DNA from: an uncultured Flavobacterium sp.
Lineage (GTDB): Bacteria; Bacteroidota; Bacteroidia; Flavobacteriales; Flavobacteriaceae
Assembly (NCBI GenBank): GCA_964476555.1
Contig: CAYZBA010000001.1
Coordinates: 1-37,341, forward strand
Length of the DNA: 37,341 nucleotides
Direction: 5' to 3'
Made by a program: the position numbers and the translations under genes. Below are positions 16,855 through 25,760 of this stretch, in pieces; positions within the stretch are counted from its first letter, which is position 1; each line of letters opens with the position of its first letter. The notes under the pieces were generated by a model. That model worked only from the letters and a program-made list of their open reading frames with translations, searched no databases and had not been told where the DNA came from.

Positions 16855-19257
16855 ATGAGTACAGTACAAAATAAAGAGATTCTTTCCTTCGAAGATTTTA
16901 AAACCGAAGTCCTCAACGATTATAAATTAGCCTTAATCAGTAGAGAATGTAGTTTGCTTGGAAGACGTGAAGTGCTAACCGGTAAAGCTAAATTCGGGAT
17001 TTTCGGCGACGGAAAAGAAGTTCCTCAACTGGCAATGGCAAAAGCCTTTAAAGATGGGGATTTTCGCTCAGGATACTATCGTGACCAAACCTTTATGATG
17101 GCGATTGGTCAACTCAATATCGAACAATTCTTTGCCGGATTATACGGGCATACCGATATCAACTATGACCCGATGTCTGCCGGACGTCAGATGGGTGGGC
17201 ACTTTGCTACCCATTCGCTGGACGAAAACGGAAATTGGAAGAACCTTACTAAACAAAAGAATTCCAGTTCTGACATCTCTCCGACAGCCGGACAAATGCC
17301 GCGTTTGTTAGGGCTGGCTCAGGCTTCAAAAATATACAGAAACGTGCCCGGAATAGACACGACCAACTTTTCGGTAAACGGAAACGAAGTAGCTTGGGGA
17401 ACTATCGGAAATGCCAGTACATCTGAAGGGTTGTTCTTCGAAACCATCAATGCTGCCGGAGTACTTCAAGTGCCGATGGTGATGAGCGTGTGGGATGACA
17501 ATTACGGAATTTCGGTTCACGCCAAATACCAAACCACCAAAGAAAGCATTTCTGAAATCCTGAAAGGCTTTCAAAAAGAAGAAGGAACCAACGGTTTTGA
17601 AATCTTTACCGTAAAAGGTTGGGATTATGCAGATTTAGTAGCTACTTATCAAAAAGCGGCTGATATTGCCAGAGAGAAACACATCCCGGTACTTATCCAT
17701 GTTCAAGAGCTTACTCAACCTCAAGGGCACTCCACTTCGGGATCTCACGAGCGTTATAAAAACGAGGAACGCTTGAAATGGGAGGCAGAATTTGACTGTA
17801 TTCGCCAGATGAAACTCTGGATGATTGCCAGCGACATCGCCACCGAGGAGGAATTAAACGAATTACACGAACAGGTTAAAAAACAAGTATTAGAAGGCAA
17901 AAAAGCCGCTTGGAACAATTACCTGAACCCTATAAAAGAAGAACAAAAAGAAGCGATTGCTTTGCTTGAAAAAGCGGCTTCAACCAGTTCCAACAAAGTA
18001 TTTATAGAAAGTCTTATCTCTGAGTTAAAAGCTTCCAAAGAACCGATTCGCAAAGAAATTCTAAGTGCAGTTCGCAAGGCTTTGCGCCTTGTAATTGGAG
18101 AAGCTTCTCATAGTGAATTAGCTCATTGGATTGCCAATTACAAAGAAAAAATCCAACCTAAATTCAGTTCGCATCTATTCTCGAATTCAGATAAAAATGT
18201 TTTCTCTGTAAAAGAAGTAAAACCGGAATATGATGAGAATGCAGAGTTGGTGGATGCAAGACTCGTTATCCGTGATAATTTTGACGCTATTTTCTCGAAA
18301 TATCCTGAAAGTTTAATCTTTGGTGAAGATTCCGGACATATCGGAGACGTTAACCAAGGTTTAGAAGGGTTACAAGAAAAATACGGAGAGCTCCGCGTGG
18401 CAGATGCCGGAATTCGCGAAGCAACCATTTTAGGTCAAGGAATCGGAATGGCTATGAGAGGGTTACGTCCGATTGCAGAGATTCAGTATTTGGATTATCT
18501 GCTGTATGCTATCCAAATTATGAGTGATGATTTGGCTACCCTTCAATATAGAACCAAAGGAAGACAAAAAGCTCCGGTAATTGTCAGAACCCGCGGACAT
18601 CGTTTAGAAGGGATTTGGCACTCCGGTTCACCGATGGGAATGATTCTGAATGCCATTCGCGGAATCCACGTGTTGGTTCCTAGAAATATGACCAAAGCGG
18701 CAGGATTCTACAACGCTTTGCTACAATCTGACGAGCCTGCTCTCGTAGTAGAATGTTTGAACGGATATCGCTTGAAAGAAAAAATGCCTAAAAACTTAGG
18801 CGAGTTCACAACTCCTATCGGTGTGGTAGAAACTATCCGCGAAGGAAACGATATCACGATTGTCTCATATGGTTCAACTTTGAGAATTATCGAGCAAGCG
18901 GCTAAAGAGCTCTCAGAAGTGGGTATCGAAGCCGAAATCATCGATGTTCAGTCGTTATTGCCATTCGACATTCATAAAGATATCGTGAAAAGCATAGCCA
19001 AAACCAACCGTTTGCTTGTGGTGGACGAAGATGTTCCGGGTGGAGCATCGGCTTATATCCTACAACAAATCGTAGAAGAGCAAAACGCTTATCAATACTT
19101 AGACAGCAAACCGCAAACACTGACTTCTAAAGCCCACAGACCGGCATACGGAACCGATGGAGATTACTTCTCTAAACCTTCTTCAGAAGATGTGTTTGAA
19201 AAAGTATATGCAATTATGAACGAAGCGAATCCGACAAAATATCCGGATTTGTATTAA
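16855..19257 (+). CDS. Fused E1 alpha/beta 2-oxoacid (probably branched-chain) dehydrogenase
   Basis: 800 aa; SGYYRD, TPP-binding GNASTSEG...DDN, GHSTS, FGED, EIQYLDY, HSGSP and a transketolase-like C-terminal domain. Confidence 0.9.
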   Translation: MSTVQNKEILSFEDFKTEVLNDYKLALISRECSLLGRREVLTGKAKFGIFGDGKEVPQLAMAKAFKDGDFRSGYYRDQTFMMAIGQLNIEQFFAGLYGHTDINYDPMSAGRQMGGHFATHSLDENGNWKNLTKQKNSSSDISPTAGQMPRLLGLAQASKIYRNVPGIDTTNFSVNGNEVAWGTIGNASTSEGLFFETINAAGVLQVPMVMSVWDDNYGISVHAKYQTTKESISEILKGFQKEEGTNGFEIFTVKGWDYADLVATYQKAADIAREKHIPVLIHVQELTQPQGHSTSGSHERYKNEERLKWEAEFDCIRQMKLWMIASDIATEEELNELHEQVKKQVLEGKKAAWNNYLNPIKEEQKEAIALLEKAASTSSNKVFIESLISELKASKEPIRKEILSAVRKALRLVIGEASHSELAHWIANYKEKIQPKFSSHLFSNSDKNVFSVKEVKPEYDENAELVDARLVIRDNFDAIFSKYPESLIFGEDSGHIGDVNQGLEGLQEKYGELRVADAGIREATILGQGIGMAMRGLRPIAEIQYLDYLLYAIQIMSDDLATLQYRTKGRQKAPVIVRTRGHRLEGIWHSGSPMGMILNAIRGIHVLVPRNMTKAAGFYNALLQSDEPALVVECLNGYRLKEKMPKNLGEFTTPIGVVETIREGNDITIVSYGSTLRIIEQAAKELSEVGIEAEIIDVQSLLPFDIHKDIVKSIAKTNRLLVVDEDVPGGASAYILQQIVEEQNAYQYLDSKPQTLTSKAHRPAYGTDGDYFSKPSSEDVFEKVYAIMNEANPTKYPDLY

Positions 19258-19280
19258 TTCCGAATTACATCCTAAAAAAC

Positions 19281-19318
19281 AAAAAATCCTGATAAATAGG
19301 TTATCAGGATTTTTTATT
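19281..19318 (+). terminator. Intrinsic terminator (bidirectional-type) after E1
   Basis: AAAAAATCCTGATAA/TTATCAGGATTTTTT perfect arms. Confidence 0.85.
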
Positions 19319-19346
19319 GACGATAATTTAGAATGGTTAACCATAT

Positions 19347-19378
19347 AAAAAATCCCACTCTTTAGAAATGGGATTTTT
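19347..19378 (-). terminator. Intrinsic terminator, probably for the small membrane protein gene
   Basis: AAAAATCCCA/TGGGATTTTT arms with flanking A/T tracts. Confidence 0.7.
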
Positions 19379-19453
19379 CATTTTATAATTAAGAAAATTA
19401 TGTACGGTCTTGGCAATAGAAAATCATAATGTAGTAATCAGTCTGTTGACTTC

Positions 19454-19621
19454 TTATTCTTGCTCAGCTTTCTTTTTAGCTTTACGTTCTTTTAAAAGTT
19501 CTATTGATGTTCCTGTTACCCAATAAAAAGCAAATCCTGCTAAGAAGAGCAACAACCAAAAACCCATTGTAAAAATGGTTAGAAACAATAAAAAGCCTAA
19601 ATATTGTTGAAAGTCAAACAT
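19454..19621 (-). CDS. 55-aa small membrane protein, function unknown
   Basis: ATG 19621: MFDFQQYLGFLLFLTIFTMGFWLLLFLAGFAFYWVTG...KERKAKKKAEQE; own TACCTTTG -7 box (19652-19659) and downstream terminator. Confidence 0.75.
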   Translation of the reverse strand: MFDFQQYLGFLLFLTIFTMGFWLLLFLAGFAFYWVTGTSIELLKERKAKKKAEQE

Positions 19622-19797
19622 AACTGTATCTATTTTTTGTTCTTGAAAGCACAAAGGTAAAAAAAAATCTTTTATTTCCCATCACTATAAATGATTTTTT
19701 TTATACAAATATTTAGGTGTTTCTCTTCAACAATTAACAGTAAAAATTTCGGTAGCTCTTTTGGGTTTTATACTTTTATAGACCTAATTTTATTTTT

Positions 19798-20679
19798 ATG
19801 GATTATTCTCAAAAAATGCTTAGAGACGATGCTCTCAAAGGAAAAGTAATTGTGGTAACAGGTGGAGGTAGCGGACTTGGAAAATCAATGACTAAATATT
19901 TTCTGGAGCTTGGTGCCCAAGTAGCAGTTACTTCAAGAGATTTAGAAAAACTTCAGACTACGGCTCAAGAATTGGAAAGCGAAACAGGAGGAAAATGCCT
20001 TGCCGTTCAGTGTGACGTTCGTCATTATGACCAAGTAGAAACCATGTTAGAGGAGGTTTTGAAAGCCTTTGGCAAAGTAGACATACTACTCAACAATGCA
20101 GCCGGAAATTTTATTTCTCCAACCGAGAGATTATCTGCTAATGCCTTTGATACGATTATTGATATTGTATTGAAAGGAACCAAAAATTGTACACTGGCTT
20201 TCGGAAAGCATTGGATTAGCACGAAACAACAAAACACAAATATTCTGAATATCGTCACGACTTATGCTTGGACCGGTTCTGCTTATGTGGTGCCAAGTGC
20301 TGCGGCCAAAGCGGGAGTTTTAGCGATGACTCGAAGCTTGGCTGTGGAATGGGCAAAATATGGAATCAGAACCAATGCTATTGCCCCAGGTCCTTTCCCT
20401 ACTAAAGGGGCGTGGGACAGGCTACTTCCGGGTGATCTAAAAGATAAATTTGATTTGGCTCAGAAAGTTCCTCTTAAAAGAGTAGGTAATCATCAGGAAT
20501 TAGCTAATTTGGCAGCGTATTTGGTTTCTGACTTTTCAGCTTACATCAACGGAGAAGTCATCACTATTGACGGTGGAGAATGGTTAAAAGGAGCCGGGGA
20601 ATTTAATATACTCGAAGCGATTCCAGAAGAAATGTGGGATATGCTGGAGGCTATGATAAAAGCCAAAAAGAATAAATAA
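19798..20679 (+). CDS. SDR oxidoreductase, 2,4-dienoyl-CoA reductase (DECR)-like
   Basis: TGGGSGLG, NNAAGNF, SAAAK in place of YxxxK (typical of DECR-like SDRs), NAIAPGP, IDGG. Confidence 0.85.
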   Translation: MDYSQKMLRDDALKGKVIVVTGGGSGLGKSMTKYFLELGAQVAVTSRDLEKLQTTAQELESETGGKCLAVQCDVRHYDQVETMLEEVLKAFGKVDILLNNAAGNFISPTERLSANAFDTIIDIVLKGTKNCTLAFGKHWISTKQQNTNILNIVTTYAWTGSAYVVPSAAAKAGVLAMTRSLAVEWAKYGIRTNAIAPGPFPTKGAWDRLLPGDLKDKFDLAQKVPLKRVGNHQELANLAAYLVSDFSAYINGEVITIDGGEWLKGAGEFNILEAIPEEMWDMLEAMIKAKKNK

Positions 20680-20681
20680 GT

Positions 20682-21416
20682 TTATCTATTCCAGATCTCC
20701 CAAGCTTTTTCGGCTTGGTACATCAGCATTTGATATCCGTTTTGAATAGTGGCCCCCTGCTGTTTTGCCTTTCGAAGAAAAGCTGTTTCAGCAGGGTTAT
20801 ATATTAAATCAAATGCCAAGTGTTGGTCTGTAAAATAGTCATAATTAAGCTCCGGACATTGCTCCGTGTTTGGAGAGGTCCCTAGCGGTGTGCAGTTTAT
20901 CACTATCGTATATTCTTGCATCACTTCTTGAGAGATAGCATCATACGATAATTGATTTTCTATGGGGTTTCGGGAAACAATTTTATACTCTAAACCCAAT
21001 TTTTCTAAAACATAAATCACAGCTCTTGAAGCTCCTCCTGTCCCGAGTACTAAAGCTTTTTTGTGATGTGGTTTCAAAAGTGGTTTTAAAGACTTTTTAA
21101 AACCATATACATCGGTATTATAACCTTTTAATTTCCCTTTTTTTGTAACTTTTATCGTATTTACGGCTCCTACTTCTTCTGCTTTGCGAGAGAGTTTATC
21201 AAGATAAGGGATGATTTCTTGTTTATACGGAATCGTGACATTCAGACCTTTCAAGTCTTTGTGTTTTTTCAGGATTTGAAGAAAGTAAGTAATCTCAGGA
21301 ATATCAAAATTCTTATACAGAGCATCTGTAATACTTTCTTTTTGAAATTTTTCTGAAAAATAAGCTACCGAAAACGAATAGTTGATGTTTTTACCTATTA
21401 GCCCAAAAATCCTCAT
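20682..21416 (-). CDS. aroE: Shikimate dehydrogenase
   Basis: GLNVTIPYK, GAVNT, GYNTD..GF, LGTGGAS, NCTPLG, DLIYNP.ET. Confidence 0.95.
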   Translation of the reverse strand: MRIFGLIGKNINYSFSVAYFSEKFQKESITDALYKNFDIPEITYFLQILKKHKDLKGLNVTIPYKQEIIPYLDKLSRKAEEVGAVNTIKVTKKGKLKGYNTDVYGFKKSLKPLLKPHHKKALVLGTGGASRAVIYVLEKLGLEYKIVSRNPIENQLSYDAISQEVMQEYTIVINCTPLGTSPNTEQCPELNYDYFTDQHLAFDLIYNPAETAFLRKAKQQGATIQNGYQMLMYQAEKAWEIWNR

Positions 21417-21420
21417 ATTA

Positions 21421-22869
21421 TTACAACCATCCTTTTTTATTCTCGCCTAAACTTTTAAAGTTCCTCTTAATAACTCGTTGTACGTCTCTTCTCTTAAAAA
21501 CCTTCGGGAATAAATCTTCTAGAATTCCGCAGTCAAGCTCGCTTTCGCTCAACCATATAGAGCGAATCAGGTGATATTTACCGGTAACTATATTGTCTTT
21601 GCTCCCCATAGTAAAATACAATCCGGCCAAGCGATAGCCTATCTGAATGTTGTATTCATAAAAATTATTTGACTCTAATAACAACTGAGCTGCTGCTTCG
21701 TAGTTTTTGAGTTCCGTATAAATATCGGCCAAAGCAAGAATAGTGTTTAGCTCATAATCGCCATGCTCCATGGCTTTTTCGTAGCCTGTCAGCGCCTCGT
21801 TAATGTCTCCGAGTTCTTCATTGATTTGAGCATACTTTTTCCAATACTGATAATTTTCTTTATCCGTATCTAGAGCTTTTCCACAATAATGTAGTGCCTT
21901 TTGGTAGTTTTTGTCTTCGATATGCAGGTTAATAATCGAAAGCCACGCCTTATCCAACAAAGGGTCTTCTTGAACGGCTTTGTAATAATATTGCACAGCC
22001 ATTTCTTTGTTGTCCATTTTGTGATAACATCTTCCGATTCGATGTAATGCAAATGAAGTCGGGTCATCGAGCTCAATGGTGTAATTATAGCAAGCAATAG
22101 CCTCTTCATATCTTTTGAGATGCTCCAATGATTTTGCTTTCTCTAAATATGCTCCTAGAAAATACTCATCAATTACGATAGCATATTCAAAAGCTCTGAT
22201 AGCTTGTTCGTATTCTTTCAGTTCATAGTGTTGCACGCCAAGTTGATGCCAAGCCACCTCGCTATACGGATTTTCGTCTATAAACCAATTGAGGAATTCT
22301 ATAGCCTCTCTGTGTTGTTCCAAAAAGTCAAAACAATACACTACGTTATAGAGCGTAGAATAATCTTGCGGGTCTTCTTCTAAGCATTTGATAAAGTTAT
22401 CTTTTGCTTTTTCGAACTCGTCCATAAAAAGATATTCCATACCGAGAAATGAATATATCTCGGCTGTATCTTCAGCGGCATATTCTAAGGCTTGGGTTAA
22501 GAATTCTACAGCCTTATGATGTGCTCCTCTTTTTGAACACACATTAGCTCTAAGTATATATATATCTTCGTTTGTAGGTTCTATCAACTCCAATTCATCC
22601 AACAATTCGTCTGCCTTATCAAGTTTATTGTCATAAATCAATATTTCGACTTGCACCAACTTCAATTCTGTTGAATGCGGATGTTGCTCTAATCCAAGCT
22701 TTAATGCCTGTTTTGCCATGTTACTTTTTCCCGTATCCAAATAATAGAGAATGATATTCTCAAACTCTTCTGAATCAAAGAAAAAAACTTTATTCGTCTT
22801 GAGCATCGCTTCAAAACGAGTGAGAGACAACTCATAGTTATCTTCTTCTTCTTCTTGATTCCAATTCAT
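21421..22869 (-). CDS. Tetratricopeptide repeat protein
   Basis: Multiple TPR units (e.g. AWHQLG...YEQAIRAFEYAI); N-terminus FE.MLKTNKV.FFDSEEFE typical of the flavobacterial TPR gene upstream of aroE. Confidence 0.88.
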   Translation of the reverse strand: MNWNQEEEEDNYELSLTRFEAMLKTNKVFFFDSEEFENIILYYLDTGKSNMAKQALKLGLEQHPHSTELKLVQVEILIYDNKLDKADELLDELELIEPTNEDIYILRANVCSKRGAHHKAVEFLTQALEYAAEDTAEIYSFLGMEYLFMDEFEKAKDNFIKCLEEDPQDYSTLYNVVYCFDFLEQHREAIEFLNWFIDENPYSEVAWHQLGVQHYELKEYEQAIRAFEYAIVIDEYFLGAYLEKAKSLEHLKRYEEAIACYNYTIELDDPTSFALHRIGRCYHKMDNKEMAVQYYYKAVQEDPLLDKAWLSIINLHIEDKNYQKALHYCGKALDTDKENYQYWKKYAQINEELGDINEALTGYEKAMEHGDYELNTILALADIYTELKNYEAAAQLLLESNNFYEYNIQIGYRLAGLYFTMGSKDNIVTGKYHLIRSIWLSESELDCGILEDLFPKVFKRRDVQRVIKRNFKSLGENKKGWL

Positions 22870-22997
22870 AAGCAAAAAAGGTTTTTATACTTTTATAAAA
22901 GTACAGGTTTTTAAAAGCGTTTTGCGAGCAAAAACAAAGTTGTTTTAAACAATTTAATCAACAAAAACAACCTTTTAAACCACTACAAAACAAGGTC

Positions 22998-24521
22998 TTA
23001 CAATTCAAACAACAAGGTTAAGAAAATACTGTTAACCTTCGCATCGAGTTTAGGAGCTTCTACTAATCCTATATTGAAAAAACTTTGGTTATATTCTCTT
23101 TTTGCAGAAGAATAAGCCAAATCTACTTTTGTAGCTCCAAAATTATACCCTAAACCAAGGGAATATTGTCGCAAGTCACCTATAATATTTGTGTTTTTAT
23201 AAGGACTTTCTTCATAAGTATATCCTCCTCTGAATCTCCAGTTTTTTACTCTCCATTCCGTTCCTAATCTAATTTCAGAGGCGACACTTAAAACCTCAGA
23301 CATATATTCGTTTTGTGAAATAAAATATGGGTCGTCTGATGGCTTTAACTTTGCTGTAGAGTAGTCTTTTATACCGTAATCTACAGACACTAATCCTTTA
23401 CTTCCAAATACGTAAGCTCCACCTATTGTATACTTCATAGGCGTTTGAACTTTATATTCCGGATAAACATTGATGATTCCATCGTTAAAATAGGCCGGAG
23501 TAGTGGTGGATTCTCTAACCGTTCTTAATGACTGGCGAGTTTCATCAAACAATCTATACCAAGTAGGCGATTCAAAACTCAGCCCTAGGCGAAGTTCCTC
23601 AGTTAGTTTAGCAATACCTCCTAATTGAAACGAAAATCCGGAACCATATGTATACAATTCATTTCTGAATCTAACCTCTCTTATAGTTTCCCCGCTGGTA
23701 TTAGACGGGTTGTCGTTCGTTTCATAAAAAGTATGGACGGTATTATAATCAACAAAATGAGCATTCAGATTCAAGCCAAAATAAAAGCGATCATCATACT
23801 GAGTAGCTATATTAAACCCTAACTTTCCGTTGTATCCTTTTGAACTTACATAACTTGACTGTTCATAAGTTCCAGCGGGAATATTAGAGTAATAGGCCGT
23901 GTTATTCGGGGAGTTCTGAACCGCTTCTAATATATATGTATCATATCCTAAAAAGGCATTCTGATATCGACTCCCGAAGTTTTCACCTAAGTACATATAG
24001 AGTTGTCCTGCTGTTTCGTTCGGAAGGGTTTGCAAGTTTTCTAGAGCTACCCCATTGGCTTGATTCAAAAAGAAATCTCCGATGGAATGATATGGATTCA
24101 CGCCAGCAGCAAGAGTGTTATTGGTAAAGTTATTCTGAATATCATAGTTAATTCCCAACGTAAACTTCTGCCAAGGACTTGCGTGGTCATCGTTATAGAA
24201 AACAAATACTGCCCCTGCCTGATTCAAATCAAACACTGTCTCTTTAGAATCCCTATACGTATTAAAAAAACTAGATTCGTTTTTCTTGTTATAGTTAGAA
24301 AGTGTTACTCCAAACTGATTGTCATTAAATACAGCCGAGCTGGCAGGGTTGATAGAAATAGCTGACAAATCACCCCCTAAGGCAGTAAAAGCCCCACCCA
24401 TAGCTCTAAAACGAGCTGTTCCGTTAATATTGGATTGAGAATAGCGCAACACATCGGATATATCTTGAGCCGAAGCTCCTAAAGCTATTCCGAGCGCAGA
24501 CAAAAGGATATACTTTTTCAT
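22998..24521 (-). CDS. OmpP1/FadL-family outer membrane beta-barrel transporter
   Basis: Signal peptide then GTARFRAMGGAFTALGGD.SA...NPA hatch motif; amphipathic beta strands. Confidence 0.85.
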   Translation of the reverse strand: MKKYILLSALGIALGASAQDISDVLRYSQSNINGTARFRAMGGAFTALGGDLSAISINPASSAVFNDNQFGVTLSNYNKKNESSFFNTYRDSKETVFDLNQAGAVFVFYNDDHASPWQKFTLGINYDIQNNFTNNTLAAGVNPYHSIGDFFLNQANGVALENLQTLPNETAGQLYMYLGENFGSRYQNAFLGYDTYILEAVQNSPNNTAYYSNIPAGTYEQSSYVSSKGYNGKLGFNIATQYDDRFYFGLNLNAHFVDYNTVHTFYETNDNPSNTSGETIREVRFRNELYTYGSGFSFQLGGIAKLTEELRLGLSFESPTWYRLFDETRQSLRTVRESTTTPAYFNDGIINVYPEYKVQTPMKYTIGGAYVFGSKGLVSVDYGIKDYSTAKLKPSDDPYFISQNEYMSEVLSVASEIRLGTEWRVKNWRFRGGYTYEESPYKNTNIIGDLRQYSLGLGYNFGATKVDLAYSSAKREYNQSFFNIGLVEAPKLDAKVNSIFLTLLFEL

Positions 24522-24575
24522 GGTTTAATTTTTTAAATCTTAAAAATGTGGGAAGTAAAAGTCATAGGATTCTGA

Positions 24576-25580
24576 TTATCTTCTTCCTCCTCCTGACGAA
24601 CGCCCTCCTCCGGATGAACCTCCTGACGAACGCCCAGAGCCAAAGCTTCCACTTCCATAAGAAGAATTTCGGCTGGAGCCTGAACCAGAGTTTATATTTC
24701 TGGTTCTATTTGAATCTGAATTTCTGTTATTGTTAATTGTCCCTCTATCGTTCTGATTGATATTGGTGTTTCTACCCGTATTGATCGTTCCTCTAGTGTT
24801 GCTATTATTGCCTCGGTTTGTATTAATGGTCGAGTTTCTAGTACCTGTATTTAAGTTTCGGTTATCAAAACGACTACTACGAGTGGTGTTCAATTGATTG
24901 TTTCTGGTACTATTAGTTTGAACTTCTCGTCCTCTTACTTCATAAGCACCTCTTCTCGTATTCATTACATTTCTTGTATTCCCTCTATAATCAGAGCGAG
25001 TACCATATGATCGAGGACCGTTATTATAGACTACATTGTAATAATGATATCCGTAATACGGATAATATCCATAATAATAAGGGTAACCCCAACCATAGTA
25101 ACCCCAACCGAAGCCCCAATTCCAGCTCAAATAGTAGCTGGGATAATACCAAGACGACCAGCCCCAATAGGGTCTCCAACCCCAATAAGAACCATACCAG
25201 CCGTTCCAACCCCAATAAGAACCTCCGTAAATATTTACCGTTACATCACTAGTTTGGTTACCCCACCCGGCATAACCGCTGGAATAAGAACCATCTCCGT
25301 AATATGTATCTACATCAGTAAAGATTCCTATAGGTTCTCCGTTATCTTGCATGTAATCTATATCTTGGAATTGACTAAAATAGCTGCTTTGCACAGGCTG
25401 TGTTTCTTTGACTTCCGGAAGTTCTGTACGTTGAGCCGTATTACTTCGACCAGAATAAATGCCGTCATTGTCATAATACGAACTATTAGTGTATGAACCA
25501 CAGGAAACCATCAAAACTCCTAGTGTTAAGGATAGCACCACAAAGGCTATTTTTGATTTGATAAAGCATAAAGTTTTCAT
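24576..25580 (-). CDS. Low-complexity lipoprotein (Tyr/Trp/Gly-rich core, Asn/Arg/Ser/Gly-rich tail)
   Basis: Lipobox MVSC-G, DGIY motif, YWG/WG repeats, tail ending GGGRSSGGGRR; co-oriented upstream of the FadL-like gene. Confidence 0.8.
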   Translation of the reverse strand: MKTLCFIKSKIAFVVLSLTLGVLMVSCGSYTNSSYYDNDGIYSGRSNTAQRTELPEVKETQPVQSSYFSQFQDIDYMQDNGEPIGIFTDVDTYYGDGSYSSGYAGWGNQTSDVTVNIYGGSYWGWNGWYGSYWGWRPYWGWSSWYYPSYYLSWNWGFGWGYYGWGYPYYYGYYPYYGYHYYNVVYNNGPRSYGTRSDYRGNTRNVMNTRRGAYEVRGREVQTNSTRNNQLNTTRSSRFDNRNLNTGTRNSTINTNRGNNSNTRGTINTGRNTNINQNDRGTINNNRNSDSNRTRNINSGSGSSRNSSYGSGSFGSGRSSGGSSGGGRSSGGGRR

Positions 25581-25653
25581 ATCGTTAGGGGTTTTAATCG
25601 GTTTAAATCTGTCATAAATTCCTATAAATGAAAAGAAAGAAATATACCTATAA

Positions 25654-25704
25654 CAAATTTAAACGGTTACTTATTGTTATACATCACAAAAATAGTTAGT
25701 TTTG
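25654..25704. promoter_or_regulatory. Divergent promoters: TAAATTTG (minus, 25654-25661) and TTG-N20-TAGTTTTG (plus, 25674-25704)
   Basis: Exact TAnnTTTG boxes on each strand in the lipoprotein/proS gap. Confidence 0.6.
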
Positions 25705-25760
25705 CTGAACTTTTTTTGTAATTAACTTAACAACAACATTTGTGCCAAATACCCTCGTAT

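Noticed and set aside
19798-20679. SDR as the 3-ketocapnine reductase partner of the SulA-like enzyme
   Set aside because: NNAAGNF and the missing catalytic Tyr point to a dienoyl-CoA reductase-like SDR; it is also in a separate transcription unit.
24974-25496. Antisense and alternate-frame ORFs, including a 150-aa Pro/Ile/Thr-rich one
   Set aside because: Expected shadows of the Tyr/Trp/Gly codon bias in the lipoprotein gene.
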